Notes: generated by a model from the letters alone, not told the origin. 64,000 bases of DNA from an uncultured Chloroflexia bacterium (GCA_963720755.1 CAVRGP010000015.1:448001-512000), one strand, 5' to 3'. Numbered from the stretch's first letter, positions 19,603 to 29,764 are shown. Numbers and translations: made by a program.

Positions 19603-20579
19603 TGGGCGCGTTCTGGGTCATCGCGGAGCCAGGGCCCGACGGCGGGTTGGCGAGGATCAGCGCCGAAGCCGCGACCCTTGCCCGCGGCCTTGCGGCGGGC
19701 GCCGGCCGCGAGGTGATCGGCCTGGCCATCGGACAGGATCCGGCAGCGACGGCGGCCGAGCTTGCAGCCTATCTGCCGGTGGTCTGGTCCATCGCCGACC
19801 CGGCTGCGGCGGATCATGCCTGGTCGGCGGTCGCCGCGGGTCACGTGGCCGCATTGCTCGCGACCGAGGAGCCCGACGTGATCTTCGTGGGTGCCGGGGC
19901 CGACGGTCGTGACCTGGCGGGCGCTGTTTCGGCCATGACTGGACTCGGCGTCTTGGTCAACGCGACGGGCGTCACCTGGACCGACGACGGGCCGGCGGTC
20001 GAGATGAGCGTGTTCGGCGGCAAACTCCTGACGACGTCCGGGTTCGTCGCCGGTCGCGGATTCATCGCGATCCGGCCGAACGTGACGACCGCGACCGAGG
20101 CCCAGGAGGTCGGGCGGGTCGAACCGCGAGCGGGGGCATCCGCGGCCACGCTGCCCGCGGTCCGTATCGTCGAACGGGTCAGCGAGGCGGAGGCGGCGGC
20201 GCCGATCGAGGAAGCCCGGATCATCGTCGCGGGCGGCCGGGGTGTCGCCGGACCCGACGGCTTCGGCATCGTTCGCGACCTTGCGGAGGTGCTCGGCGGC
20301 GCAGTCGGGGCGTCGCGTGCGGCCGTCGACTCCGGGTGGATCCCATACAGCCAGCAGATCGGCCAGACCGGCAAGATCGTCAAGCCGGAGCTGTACCTCG
20401 CGCTCGGGATCAGCGGCGCGATCCAGCACAAGGTCGGGATGCGGACATCGGGTGCCATCGTGGCGATCAACCGGGATGTGGACGCGCCGATCGCCGAATT
20501 CGCCGATCTATTCGTCGCCGGCGACCTGTTCGAGGTAGGCGGCGCGCTACTCGAACTGCTGCGCACGCGGTCGAGCTGA
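19602..20579 (+). CDS. etfA: Electron transfer flavoprotein alpha subunit
   Basis: AGGRG, GASRAAVDSGW, QIGQTGK, GISGAIQH. Confidence 0.92.
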   Translation: MGAFWVIAEPGPDGGLARISAEAATLARGLAAGAGREVIGLAIGQDPAATAAELAAYLPVVWSIADPAAADHAWSAVAAGHVAALLATEEPDVIFVGAGADGRDLAGAVSAMTGLGVLVNATGVTWTDDGPAVEMSVFGGKLLTTSGFVAGRGFIAIRPNVTTATEAQEVGRVEPRAGASAATLPAVRIVERVSEAEAAAPIEEARIIVAGGRGVAGPDGFGIVRDLAEVLGGAVGASRAAVDSGWIPYSQQIGQTGKIVKPELYLALGISGAIQHKVGMRTSGAIVAINRDVDAPIAEFADLFVAGDLFEVGGALLELLRTRSS

Positions 20580-20603
20580 ACCCGGCCCCGGGGCACGGAC
20601 CGC

Positions 20604-21140
20604 ATGACCGACCTCATCGTCCTGCTGCCGATCGCGGCGTTCATCGCGCTGGTGGCCGGCCTGGCCGTCGTCCTCCGCGGCACGGGACGGATCGTCGCGC
20701 GGACCCGGGAGGTCGAACGGTTCCGGACCAATGTCCGTGACCTTGCGGCACGGATCGACGTGTCGCTTGGCGGTGCAGTCGGCGAGATCGATGCCGTCCG
20801 CCGGCGCCAGGTCGATCCCGAAACGATCGCGCCGACCGTGATGGCCGCGACCGAAGCCGTGCACCGGTACCTGGACGAAGCTCGAGCACTCGGCGGTCCG
20901 CCTGCCGCCGTGCAGATCCGGACCGATATCGTGGCCGACCTGGAACGCGCGGAACGCGCCCTCGAGATGGTCGACCACGGGACGACCATCATGATCACGG
21001 CTCGTCGTGGACCGCGGGAGTTGGAGGCGCAGACGTCGGTCAAGCGGGGCTATCTGAACCTGATCCATGCGCGCGAGGCGATCGCCCGTCACGCACTCGC
21101 TGCAGATGAGCTCGAAGCCGGTGATCGACACACCATCTAG
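20604..21140 (+). CDS. Hypothetical membrane-anchored helical protein
   Basis: N-terminal TM helix, helical C-terminal region, operonic position. Confidence 0.65.
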   Translation: MTDLIVLLPIAAFIALVAGLAVVLRGTGRIVARTREVERFRTNVRDLAARIDVSLGGAVGEIDAVRRRQVDPETIAPTVMAATEAVHRYLDEARALGGPPAAVQIRTDIVADLERAERALEMVDHGTTIMITARRGPRELEAQTSVKRGYLNLIHAREAIARHALAADELEAGDRHTI

Positions 21141-21195
21141 TGGTATCCTCGCCGGGCACCACTATCCCTTGTGGTATGAGGCGGACTGGAGAGCG

Positions 21196-21672
21196 ATGCG
21201 CTGCCCCCAATGCGGTGACAGGGAGACGCGCGTCGTCGACTCCCGAGACCTCGATGATTCGGCCACGATCCGACGCCGGCGCGAGTGTGCGTCATGCAGC
21301 ATGCGGTTCACCACGTACGAGCGCGTCGAAGCTGCCCGGCTGGTCATCATCAAGCGCGATGGGGCACGGCAGGAATTCGACCGCGATCGGCTCGTGTCCG
21401 GCCTGCGCAAGGCCCTGACCCGCCGGCCCGTCCCTGACGATGCCGCTGAGACCGCTGCCGACGCGATCGAAGCCGAGTTGCGTGCCGCGGGCGTGACCGA
21501 GGTCCCGTCGTCGACGGTCGGCGCGCTGGCGATGGAACGACTTCGCGGCATCGACCAGATCGCGTACATCAGGTTCGCCAGCGTGTATCAGAGCTTCGAG
21601 GATCTGGAGGCACTCAAGCGCGAGGTGGATACGCTCTACGCAGAACGCGGCACCGGGGCACTGGTCAAATGA
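21196..21672 (+). CDS. nrdR: Transcriptional repressor NrdR
   Basis: MRCPQC...VDSR...IRRRREC..C..RFTTYE; ATP cone; AYIRFASVY. Confidence 0.97.
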   Translation: MRCPQCGDRETRVVDSRDLDDSATIRRRRECASCSMRFTTYERVEAARLVIIKRDGARQEFDRDRLVSGLRKALTRRPVPDDAAETAADAIEAELRAAGVTEVPSSTVGALAMERLRGIDQIAYIRFASVYQSFEDLEALKREVDTLYAERGTGALVK

Positions 21673-22268
21673 GCGTCCTGTCCGACCGCGACATCCGGGC
21701 CGCACTGGAAGCCGGGACCGTGCGGATCGAGCCCTACGATGCGCACGACCTCCAGCCGTCGTCGGTCGACCTGCACCTCGACCGATCGTTCCGGGTCTTT
21801 CGGAACAATCGCTACGCGTTCATCGACGTCCGCGCCCCGCAACCCGACCTGACCGAGCTGTTGACCATCTCGGACGATGAGCCGTTCATCCTCCATCCCG
21901 GTGAATTCGTCCTCGGCCAGACCCACGAGTGGGTGGAGCTTCCCGACGATCTCGTCGCGCGTCTCGAGGGGAAGAGTTCGCTCGGCCGTCTCGGCCTGCT
22001 CATCCACTCGACCGCGGGCTACGTGGATCCTGGCTGGAAGGGCAATCTGACCCTCGAGCTGTCGAACGTCGCGAACCTGCCGATCGCCCTCTACTACGGG
22101 ATGCGGATCGGCCAGATCAGCTTCTTCAAGATGTCCAGCCCGGTCGATCGACCGTACGGGTCCGCCGAGCTCGGCTCCAAGTACCAGGGTCAGTCGGAAC
22201 CGACGGCATCGGCGTTCCACCGCGATTTCGAGGCCGGTCGTTCGACCGGGGAGCCGGCACGCAAGTAA
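21669..22268 (+). CDS. dcd: dCTP deaminase
   Basis: [45 protein letters not shown]. Confidence 0.97.
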   Translation: MSVLSDRDIRAALEAGTVRIEPYDAHDLQPSSVDLHLDRSFRVFRNNRYAFIDVRAPQPDLTELLTISDDEPFILHPGEFVLGQTHEWVELPDDLVARLEGKSSLGRLGLLIHSTAGYVDPGWKGNLTLELSNVANLPIALYYGMRIGQISFFKMSSPVDRPYGSAELGSKYQGQSEPTASAFHRDFEAGRSTGEPARK

Positions 22269-22272
22269 GCCG

Positions 22273-23142
22273 ATGGCCATGAACGATTCGGTCGATTGGG
22301 CCAGCGACCTCGGCGGCGGTGTCCGGGTCGCGCTGATCCAGGCTGGTTCGTTCCGGTCGGATGCCGGGGTCCTGTTCGGTCCGGTGCCGTGGGTTCTGTG
22401 GGATCGGCTCGTCGACCAGGAGGTGGACGACAAGCGACGATTGCTCCAGGCGCTCAACTGCCTGCTGATCGAGACCCCAGCCGGTCGGGTCCTGGTCGAG
22501 ACCGGGATCGGGGAGCGGGCCGACGACAAGACGCGGGAGATGCGGTCGTACGAGGGCCCGGCCATCATCCCGGCACTCGAGGCAGCCGGGTTCCAGCCGG
22601 CAACCGTCGATATCGTCGCGATGAGCCATCTCCATTTCGACCATGCCGGCGGCCTGCTCCGGGCCGATGGCTCGAGAGCCTTCCCTCGGTCTTCGATCGT
22701 CGCCCAGCGGGCTGAATGGGAGGTGGCTCTCGGCGACAACCCGAGGCTCGTGGCCTCGTACGTCCAGCCGGAATTGCAGCTGGTCCGGGATTGGGGTGCC
22801 GAGGGCTGGGTCGATGGCGAGAAGGAGCTGCTGCCCGGCGTGTCCGCGGTCCCGACAGGCGGCCATTCGACCGGGCACCAGGCGATCATCGTGCGCGGGT
22901 CCGGCGATGGCGGTCGGACCCTGGCCTTCTTCGGCGACCTCCTGATGCGGCCGTGGGCCGCCAATCCGCGCTGGGTCACGTCATACGACGACTTCCCGCT
23001 GGACTCGGTCAGCCGAAAGGCGGAGTTGTTCGCCCAGGCCGCCGATGAGGGGTGGATCGTCGTTCTGTCGCACGAGACCCGGCACCCGATCGGCCGGCTC
23101 GTCCGTGACCGCGATCGATTCCGGTACGAGGCCGCCGCCTGA
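22273..23142 (+). CDS. MBL-fold metallo-hydrolase (YtnP-like)
   Basis: D.G..FG.VP..LW, SHLHFDHAGG, GGHS.GHQ. Confidence 0.88.
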   Translation: MAMNDSVDWASDLGGGVRVALIQAGSFRSDAGVLFGPVPWVLWDRLVDQEVDDKRRLLQALNCLLIETPAGRVLVETGIGERADDKTREMRSYEGPAIIPALEAAGFQPATVDIVAMSHLHFDHAGGLLRADGSRAFPRSSIVAQRAEWEVALGDNPRLVASYVQPELQLVRDWGAEGWVDGEKELLPGVSAVPTGGHSTGHQAIIVRGSGDGGRTLAFFGDLLMRPWAANPRWVTSYDDFPLDSVSRKAELFAQAADEGWIVVLSHETRHPIGRLVRDRDRFRYEAAA

Positions 23143-23144
23143 CC

Positions 23145-23819
23145 CTAGTTCGGTGGCAGGATCGCCTCGATCTGGGCGATCGCGGCGGCCGTGTCCAGGG
23201 GAGCACCGACGATCGAGGCGATGACCCCGTCCGGATCGATGAACACCTGGGTCGGGAGGCCGAAGGCCTTGTACTCGTGGAAGATCTTCCCGGAGCCATC
23301 GAACCCGATCGTGTAGCCGAGATCGTACCGAGCCGCATACGCCGCAACGTCGGCCGGGGACGTCTCCTGGACGCTGATCGCAACCAGCACGAGGCCTTGG
23401 TCCTTGTACCGTTCGGAGAGGTCGCGCAGGGTCGGTACCTCGGATTGGCAGGGCGGGCACCAGGTCGTCCAGAAGTTGATCCAGACGGCCTTGCCTCGGA
23501 GGTCTGCAAGGCGGACCGGCGTGCCGTCGAGGTCAGTCAGCTGATAGGTCGTGCCGTCGTCGTTCGTGATGGTGAACTCCGGCGCCATCGCCCCGACGAC
23601 CAGGCCGGTCGCGGGCGGCGAGGAGAGGATGTAGGCGGTCGCGTGCGGATCCACGACGGCCGGCCCGTCGGCGGTATTGCCCAGGGGCGTGGTCACCCCG
23701 ACGAGGATGACGACGGCCATGACGACCGCAACGAATGCGAACACGAGTTGGCGCCCGCTGAACGGGCCGATCACCCCGTGCCGTTCGCGCTTGTGACTGA
23801 ACTCTGGTCGATCGGTCAT
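23145..23819 (-). CDS. TlpA/ResA-type membrane-anchored thioredoxin
   Basis: TM anchor; INFWTTWCPPC; GLPT. Confidence 0.9.
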   Translation of the reverse strand: MTDRPEFSHKRERHGVIGPFSGRQLVFAFVAVVMAVVILVGVTTPLGNTADGPAVVDPHATAYILSSPPATGLVVGAMAPEFTITNDDGTTYQLTDLDGTPVRLADLRGKAVWINFWTTWCPPCQSEVPTLRDLSERYKDQGLVLVAISVQETSPADVAAYAARYDLGYTIGFDGSGKIFHEYKAFGLPTQVFIDPDGVIASIVGAPLDTAAAIAQIEAILPPN

Positions 23820-24631
23820 CAGATGGCCGTGTTGAAGTTGAAGTAGCGGGGGAAGAGCACCAGCCAGTCGAACAGCATGGCCAGCCCGATGAATACGACC
23901 AGCAGGCCGCCGATGAGAGAGACGGTCCGACCGTGCCGAACGAGCGGGGCCATCAGCCGGGGCGCGCGGTCGAAAACGAGTGCGAGGAGGAGGAACGGCA
24001 GGCCGAGCCCGATCGTGTACGCGACGAGGAGCACGGTACCCTGGACGACGGTCCCCGATGTCGCGGCCATGGTCAGGATGCCGCCGAGGATGATCCCGAT
24101 GCACGGGCTCCAGCCGATCGCGAAGATGGACCCGAGGCCGAACGATGCAAGCCACCCACCGCGTGACGTGACGAGCCGGCTGCCCAGGCGGTCACCCATT
24201 CCTGGCGACGAGGTCGAGAACGAAGTCGATCCCGTGGCCGACGCGAGCGACTCTGCGGCGCCAGCATCCAGCGGGCGCCAGGTGCGCTGGAGGCCGGGGA
24301 TGCGCAACAGGCCGGCGAGTTCAAGCCCGAGCACGACGAGGACCAGGCCGCCGATGGTGCGCAAGGCCGGAAGGTAGTCGACCAGCGGTCCGGCGGCGAA
24401 GGTCGCCGTGATCCCGAGGATCGTGAAGACGGCCCCGAACCCGGCGACGAACGCGAGCGCATGCCGCATCGCCAGCCAGCGTGATGGGCGAGCCCCGGCC
24501 GCCGAACCAGCCACCGCGATGGCAGTGAGTTGGCCAAGGTACGCCGGAACGAGGGGCAGGACGCAGGGTGACAGGAAGCTGATGACTCCCGCAGCGAGGG
24601 CGACGACGATCGTGAGGTCGGTGCCGGACAT
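23819..24631 (-). CDS. ccdA: Cytochrome c biogenesis protein CcdA
   Basis: SFLSPCVLPLVPAY and FAIGWSPCIG. Confidence 0.9.
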   Translation of the reverse strand: MSGTDLTIVVALAAGVISFLSPCVLPLVPAYLGQLTAIAVAGSAAGARPSRWLAMRHALAFVAGFGAVFTILGITATFAAGPLVDYLPALRTIGGLVLVVLGLELAGLLRIPGLQRTWRPLDAGAAESLASATGSTSFSTSSPGMGDRLGSRLVTSRGGWLASFGLGSIFAIGWSPCIGIILGGILTMAATSGTVVQGTVLLVAYTIGLGLPFLLLALVFDRAPRLMAPLVRHGRTVSLIGGLLVVFIGLAMLFDWLVLFPRYFNFNTAI

Positions 24632-24640
24632 CGAACTCCG

Positions 24641-24919
24641 TCAGGCGTCCAGGGCGTCGGCCAGGAAAGTACGCAATCTCACGGCGCTGGTGGCCAGTTC
24701 GAGCCGACGGTCGCCTAGCTCCACGACCGGGATCGACGTGAAGTACGCCTGCTCCCAGGCGGGGTCGGACTGGATGTCGCGTTCGACGACGGTCGGTGCC
24801 GGGCGCCCGGCCCGGGTTCGCTCGTCGAGGAGTGCATTGAGGATCGCGCGCGCATCGTCACAGAGGTGACAGCCCGGCCGGCTGTACAGGACGAGGTCGG
24901 GGAGGGGAGCGGTCGTCAC
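24641..24919 (-). CDS. Glutaredoxin-like protein (DUF836)
   Basis: LYSRPGCHLCDDA...DI...IPVV. Confidence 0.85.
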   Translation of the reverse strand: MTTAPLPDLVLYSRPGCHLCDDARAILNALLDERTRAGRPAPTVVERDIQSDPAWEQAYFTSIPVVELGDRRLELATSAVRLRTFLADALDA

Positions 24920-24979
24920 GCCGCCGATTGTAGGCGAGGGCGCGGATCTGCCCCTCTTCCGCGGTAGGATGAAGTGCGC

Positions 24980-25055
24980 GCCCCCGTAGCTCAGTGGACA
25001 GAGCGAGGCCGTCCTAAGGCCTGCGTCGGCGGTTCGAGTCCGTCCGGGGGCGCCA
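24980..25055 (+). tRNA. tRNA-Arg(CCT)
   Basis: Full cloverleaf GCCCCCG/CGGGGGC, anticodon stem AGGCC/GGCCT, TTCGA T-loop, CCA; TAGGAT -10 upstream. Confidence 0.95.
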
Positions 25056-25104
25056 CGCCACGTCTGCGTTCGGCGCGCCGCGTTCGGTGTCCGCGTTGGG
25101 GCGC

Positions 25105-25749
25105 TCAGCAGATCACTTCGCCTGGGGCGCCGCGCCACCAACCGCCCGGGTACGCGATCGCGAAGATGGAGTGGCCGGCGGCGTTGTACGAGGCGACGAC
25201 GATCGCGTGGTAATCGAGGCCATCCGGGCCGACCGGAGGACCAGCGCACTCGTAGTAGGACGGCGCGACCCAGCTGATCTCACCTGCGGCCGCCGTTGCT
25301 GTGGCCGCCAGAGCCATGACCGACGGGGGAAGTTGCGTGTGCTCGACCAAGCACGGCCCACTGGTCCCTGGAGACGGGTCGCTCGGCTCCGACAGGCACT
25401 CGGTGACACCGTAGACCCTGATCTCCACGCCCGCCGTGAGGGGAGCCTTCCAACGGACAATGTGCGTGGCCTGGTATGTGATCTCGTCAGTCCCGGTGGG
25501 CCCCGGGAGCTCCACGACGTCAGTCTTGAACGTCACGCCGGTCGGCTTCGCCGGAACGGTGGCCGCCGCCGGGGCCGATGATCGCGTCGCAGTATCCAGC
25601 GGAGTGGCTGCGATGGAGACGAGACTGGACGCAGTGCTCGACGGGGGGGCGCTGGCACTTGGTGACGAGGTGGATTGGCAGGCCGCAACCGCGACACAGG
25701 CCGCGATCGCGAGCGCGCGTCCGAGTGTGGCGATCGAAAGCGGGCTCAT
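25105..25749 (-). CDS. Hypothetical Cys-containing lipoprotein
   Basis: ALAIAACVAVAAC lipobox, S/A/P linker, FN3-like region ending YNAAGHS. Confidence 0.65.
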   Translation of the reverse strand: MSPLSIATLGRALAIAACVAVAACQSTSSPSASAPPSSTASSLVSIAATPLDTATRSSAPAAATVPAKPTGVTFKTDVVELPGPTGTDEITYQATHIVRWKAPLTAGVEIRVYGVTECLSEPSDPSPGTSGPCLVEHTQLPPSVMALAATATAAAGEISWVAPSYYECAGPPVGPDGLDYHAIVVASYNAAGHSIFAIAYPGGWWRGAPGEVIC

Positions 25750-25767
25750 GCGAGGCTCCCATGTGGC

Positions 25768-25929
25768 GGAATGCACTCTTGAGACGCGTTCGTGGGGCGG
25801 GACGTGTTGCGCCGGGCCGGCATGGCAGCGCATCGCGCCCTGAATGTCCCTTCCCGGTGGCGGCCGCCCCGCCGCCACCGGGGCTCCGTCCGGCCTCTCG
25901 TGGAGTGATCGCGTCTCATATGCACATCC
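25768..25929. repeat. Nested inverted-repeat element (MITE/REP-like)
   Basis: TGCA..TGAGACGCG (25772-25788) vs CGCGTCTCA..TGCA (25910-25924); internal perfect 12-bp stem 25853-25882. Confidence 0.55.
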
Positions 25930-26016
25930 CGGAGGAGCGAGCGTGGCTGTCGAGAGAGCGTTCCTGCCAGGAACGCGGCAAGCGGTGGGCGTTGAGCGGC
26001 CGGAGGCGACCACGTG

Positions 26017-26322
26017 TCAGACACACATATCCGCGTTAGCCACGTGGTGCGCAGCCCCAGTCTGTCTAGGTCGACACGGCGCATGAGGCGGGGAGGGGAG
26101 CATGATTGCAGCAGATCCGCTACCTGGACAAGCTCGTCGACGAGCTCGCGAAAGGCAAGGCGCTGGAAAAGGTCCTCCGCGACTGACGGATCCGTTGGGG
26201 CGCCATACCAACTGGCCGCGAGGACCGCCGCCGTGATAGAGGTTCGGGACAGTCGAGCAACCGCTCAGAGCAAACGCCACGGCCAGGATCACTGCGATCT
26301 GGCCGATCCTGAACGGCGTCAT
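26017..26322 (-). pseudogene. Possible lipoprotein remnant
   Basis: MTPFRIGQIAVILAVAFALSGC lipobox, then sequence degrades. Confidence 0.3.
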
Positions 26323-26483
26323 CGACCGAGCCTACGACCGCGACACAAGCCTCAGCGGCACGTGCGTCATGCGCCCTCGCTGCGGTGGTCCTGCGACGAC
26401 CGGCCGCGTTCTATGCTGACGCTTCGCTCGGCCGGGTCCCGCTCACGCCGATCGCTGTGATCCGGTCAAGGAGGAGCCCTGTG

Positions 26484-26885
26484 ATGTCGCTGACGCACCT
26501 CAATCCTGCCACGATGCATCGCAACCCCGCGTTCTCCCAGGGCGTCGTCATCGAGCCCGGCAGTCGCCTCGTCGTCGTGGGCGGTCAGAATGGCGTCGAT
26601 GCGACAGGCACGGTCGTCGGACCTGGCTTGCGGGAGCAGACGGCTCAGGCGCTCCGAAATGTCCTCACCGTCCTTGCCGAGGCCGGCGCGACCCAGGAGC
26701 ACGTCGCCAAGCTGACGATCCACCTTGTGGACGGGTCAAACGTCCAGGAAGGTTTCGAGGCATCTCGCGAAGTCTGGGGGATGCACGCGACCGCAGTGAC
26801 TGTCCTCATGGTGGCGCGACTCGGGCGTCCGGAGTTCCTCGTCGAGATCGAAGCCCTGGCTGCGGTTCCCGCAACGGTTTCATAG
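26484..26885 (+). CDS. RidA/YjgF family protein
   Basis: AGGAGG RBS; FSQGV, GGQ, QTAQALRNV, LVEIEA. Confidence 0.9.
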   Translation: MSLTHLNPATMHRNPAFSQGVVIEPGSRLVVVGGQNGVDATGTVVGPGLREQTAQALRNVLTVLAEAGATQEHVAKLTIHLVDGSNVQEGFEASREVWGMHATAVTVLMVARLGRPEFLVEIEALAAVPATVS

Positions 26886-26886
26886 G
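26636..26886 (+). repeat. 251-bp direct repeat, copy 1 (3' part of RidA gene)
   Basis: Matches 29514-29764 with one substitution seen (GTC/GTG). Confidence 0.95.
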
Positions 26887-26908
26887 GGCGCCAGGTCAAC
26901 GGCGCCCC
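26885..26908 (+). terminator. GC-rich hairpin after RidA gene
   Basis: GGGGCGCC-AGGTCAAC-GGCGCCCC; no U-tract. Confidence 0.4.
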
Positions 26909-27058
26909 GAGGTCGCCTCCACGCGGCCAAAGGGTGGGTGCGCAACGACGGGATGTCGCACCATCGAGATGGCGGCGGCTCGGCCCATCTATCCTTCTCT
27001 TCCAGAGTAGTGCCGGGTCTCACCGTCGCCGCAGCGCAGGATCCAGAAGGGGAGCTTG

Positions 27059-29410
27059 ATGCCAATCGTGGAATACCCGGAAGGCACGGCTTTTCCGGGC
27101 GTTATCGGCCGCACCGCCGATGAGTCAAGCCCGGCCTGGCCGGCGCCCGTGCGCGCGCCGCACGGAGCGCCGAATATCCTGTTCGTCGTCCTCGACGACA
27201 CCGGCTTCGGGCACCTGGGCTGCTATGGCAGCCCGATCGAAACGCCGACCTTCGATGCGCTCGCGGGGGACGGGCTCCGCTTCAGCAACATGCACACCAC
27301 GGCGCTCTGCTCGCCAAGCCGCTCGTGCATCTTGACTGGTCGCAACCATCACAGCAACGGGATGGCCTGCATTACCGAGCTCTCGTCCGGTTACCCGGGC
27401 TACAACGGGGTGATGCCGTTCGAGAACGGCATGCTCTCGGAGATGCTCCTCCAGCATGGCTATGCCACGTACATGGTGGGCAAGTGGCACCTCACCCCGA
27501 GCGTGTTCGAGACGGCCGCCGGACCGTACGACCGTTGGCCGCTTGGGCGGGGATTCCAGCGCTTCTACGGCTTCCTGGGTGGTGACACCAGCCAGTGGTA
27601 TCCGGATCTGGTGTACGACAACCACCCGGTCGAGGCGCCAAGGACGCCCGAGGAGGGCTACCACCTGACCGAGGATCTCGTTGACAAGTCGATCGAGTTC
27701 ATCAGCGATCTGCGCCAGATCGATCCCGACAAGCCGTTCTTCCTGAACCTCTGCTTCGGCGCGACCCACGCGCCCCACCACGTGCCGAGGGAGTGGGCCG
27801 ACCGGTACGCGGGCGAGTTCGACGACGGCTGGGACGCCTATCGGGAGAAGGTCTTCGCGCGGCAGAAGGAGCTCGGCATCCTGCCCGCCGACGCCGAATT
27901 GTCGCGCCATGATCCTGACGTGCCCGAGTGGGAGTCCCTGTCGCCCGAGGCGCGCCGGCTCTCGGCCCGCATGATGGAGGTCTTCGCGGGGTTCCTGAGC
28001 CACACCGACCATCATCTCGGACGGCTGCTCGACTTCCTGCGTGAGCAGGGCGTCCTGGAGAACACGATCGTGATGGCGATCTCGGACAACGGCGCCAGTG
28101 CGGAGGGCGGCCCCACCGGGACCACGAACGAGGCGCAGTTCTTCAACAATGCCCAGGAGTCGCTCGAGGAGAGCCTGGCCGTCATCGACGAGATCGGTGG
28201 CCCCGACCACTTCAACCATTACCCATGGGGCTGGACCTGGGCGGGCAACACGCCGTTCCGCCGCTGGAAGCGCGAGACGTATCGCGGCGGCTCGACCGAC
28301 CCGTTCATCGTGTCGTGGCCCGCGGGGATCAAGGCACGCGGCGAGATCCGTCCGCAGTACGCCCACATCATCGACATGGTCCCCACCGTGCTCGACCTTC
28401 TCGGCGTCGAGGCACCGGCGTCGATCCGCGGCATCACCCAGGCACCGATCCAGGGAGTCAGCTTCGGGCACGCGCTCGACGACCCGGAGGCCCCGAGCCG
28501 GCACCGCACCCAGTACTTCGAGATGCTCGGCCATCGCGCGATCTACAAGGACGGCTGGCGGGCGGTCTGCCCGTGGCCGGGCCCGTCGTTCACCGAGGCA
28601 GGCACCGGGTTTGGCAACCCGATCTCCGCAGAGAAGCTCACCGAGCTCGACGCGACCGCCTGGGAGCTGTACCACATCGATGAGGATCCGGCCGAGAATC
28701 ACAACCTCGCCGAAGCGCACCGCGCCAAGTTGATCGAGCTGATCGGCACGTGGTATGTCGAGGCTGGCAAGTACGGAGTCATGCCGGTCGACGGCAGCGG
28801 GCTCCAGCGGATGGCCGCCGAGAAGCCACTCGTCTCGCTCCCACGGGACAAGTACACGTACCGCCCCGGCACGCAATCCATCCCCAACTTCGCCGCGCCG
28901 CGCCTGTTCAACCGACCGCACAGCATCACGGCGTCCGTCGACCTCCCGGAGGGTGGCGCCGAGGGCGTCTTGTTCTGCCAAGGCACGGCGGCCGGCGGCT
29001 ATTCCCTGTACGTGAAGGACGGCCGGCTCCATTACGTCCACAACTACGTGGCCAGGGAGCACTTCTCGGTCTCGTCGTCCGACCAGCTGCCCGCCGGGCC
29101 CCACGAGCTCCGCTTCGAGTTCGAACCCACTGGCCAACCCGACATGCCGCACGGCAGGGGTGCCCCGGGCAGGCTCCAGCTCTACGTGGACGGGGCCTTG
29201 GTGGCCACCACCGATGCGCCATACACGACGCCGTTCATGTTCAACCCGGGTGGCGTCAGCTGCGGCCACAACCCGGGATCGCCTGTCACCGCCGAGTACG
29301 CGAGCCCGTTCGCGTTCACCGGCAAGCTGGAGAAGGTGGTCGTTGACGTGAGCGGCGACTTGATCGTGGATCCGGAGGCGGAGCTCCGAATGCACATGGC
29401 GCGCCAGTAG
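27059..29410 (+). CDS. Arylsulfatase (formylglycine-dependent, Cys type)
   Basis: LDD, CSPSR sulfatase motif, LTGRNHH, GKWHL, SDNG. Confidence 0.95.
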   Translation: MPIVEYPEGTAFPGVIGRTADESSPAWPAPVRAPHGAPNILFVVLDDTGFGHLGCYGSPIETPTFDALAGDGLRFSNMHTTALCSPSRSCILTGRNHHSNGMACITELSSGYPGYNGVMPFENGMLSEMLLQHGYATYMVGKWHLTPSVFETAAGPYDRWPLGRGFQRFYGFLGGDTSQWYPDLVYDNHPVEAPRTPEEGYHLTEDLVDKSIEFISDLRQIDPDKPFFLNLCFGATHAPHHVPREWADRYAGEFDDGWDAYREKVFARQKELGILPADAELSRHDPDVPEWESLSPEARRLSARMMEVFAGFLSHTDHHLGRLLDFLREQGVLENTIVMAISDNGASAEGGPTGTTNEAQFFNNAQESLEESLAVIDEIGGPDHFNHYPWGWTWAGNTPFRRWKRETYRGGSTDPFIVSWPAGIKARGEIRPQYAHIIDMVPTVLDLLGVEAPASIRGITQAPIQGVSFGHALDDPEAPSRHRTQYFEMLGHRAIYKDGWRAVCPWPGPSFTEAGTGFGNPISAEKLTELDATAWELYHIDEDPAENHNLAEAHRAKLIELIGTWYVEAGKYGVMPVDGSGLQRMAAEKPLVSLPRDKYTYRPGTQSIPNFAAPRLFNRPHSITASVDLPEGGAEGVLFCQGTAAGGYSLYVKDGRLHYVHNYVAREHFSVSSSDQLPAGPHELRFEFEPTGQPDMPHGRGAPGRLQLYVDGALVATTDAPYTTPFMFNPGGVSCGHNPGSPVTAEYASPFAFTGKLEKVVVDVSGDLIVDPEAELRMHMARQ

Positions 29411-29411
29411 T

Positions 29412-29453
29412 CGGCCGCAGCGAGCCGGCCGCTGCGAGCCGGCCGCTGCGAAC
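29412..29453 (+). repeat. 14-bp tandem repeat x3
   Basis: CGGCCGCAGCGAGC CGGCCGCTGCGAGC CGGCCGCTGCGAAC. Confidence 0.7.
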
Positions 29454-29513
29454 CATCGTCAGGCGGTCGCGTACCAGGCGGGTGGCCCAACGCTTGCCTC
29501 GTGTGCCCCGGAG

Positions 29514-29764
29514 GCAGACGGCTCAGGCGCTCCGAAATGTCCTCACCGTCCTTGCCGAGGCCGGCGCGACCCAGGAGCACGTCGCCAAGCTGACGATCCA
29601 CCTTGTGGACGGGTCAAACGTCCAGGAAGGTTTCGAGGCATCTCGCGAAGTCTGGGGGATGCACGCGACCGCAGTGACTGTGCTCATGGTGGCGCGACTC
29701 GGGCGTCCGGAGTTCCTCGTCGAGATCGAAGCCCTGGCTGCGGTTCCCGCAACGGTTTCATAGG
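29514..29764 (+). pseudogene. Duplicated RidA 3' fragment (direct repeat copy 2)
   Basis: Near-identical to 26636-26886; lacks RidA 5' half and RBS. Confidence 0.92.

Noticed and set aside
26885-26893. attR copy of the tRNA-Arg 3' end (GGGGCGCCA); similar weak match near 45738
   Set aside because: Only ~9 bp in high-GC DNA, part of a hairpin, and no integrase present
27125-29395. Long antisense or alternative-frame ORFs (also 8850-10313, 15275-17251, 15405-17201, 33285-34988, 41905-43626, 52361-54055, 54341-56761)
   Set aside because: Shadows of well-supported genes caused by high-GC codon bias; Arg/Gly-rich with no motifs
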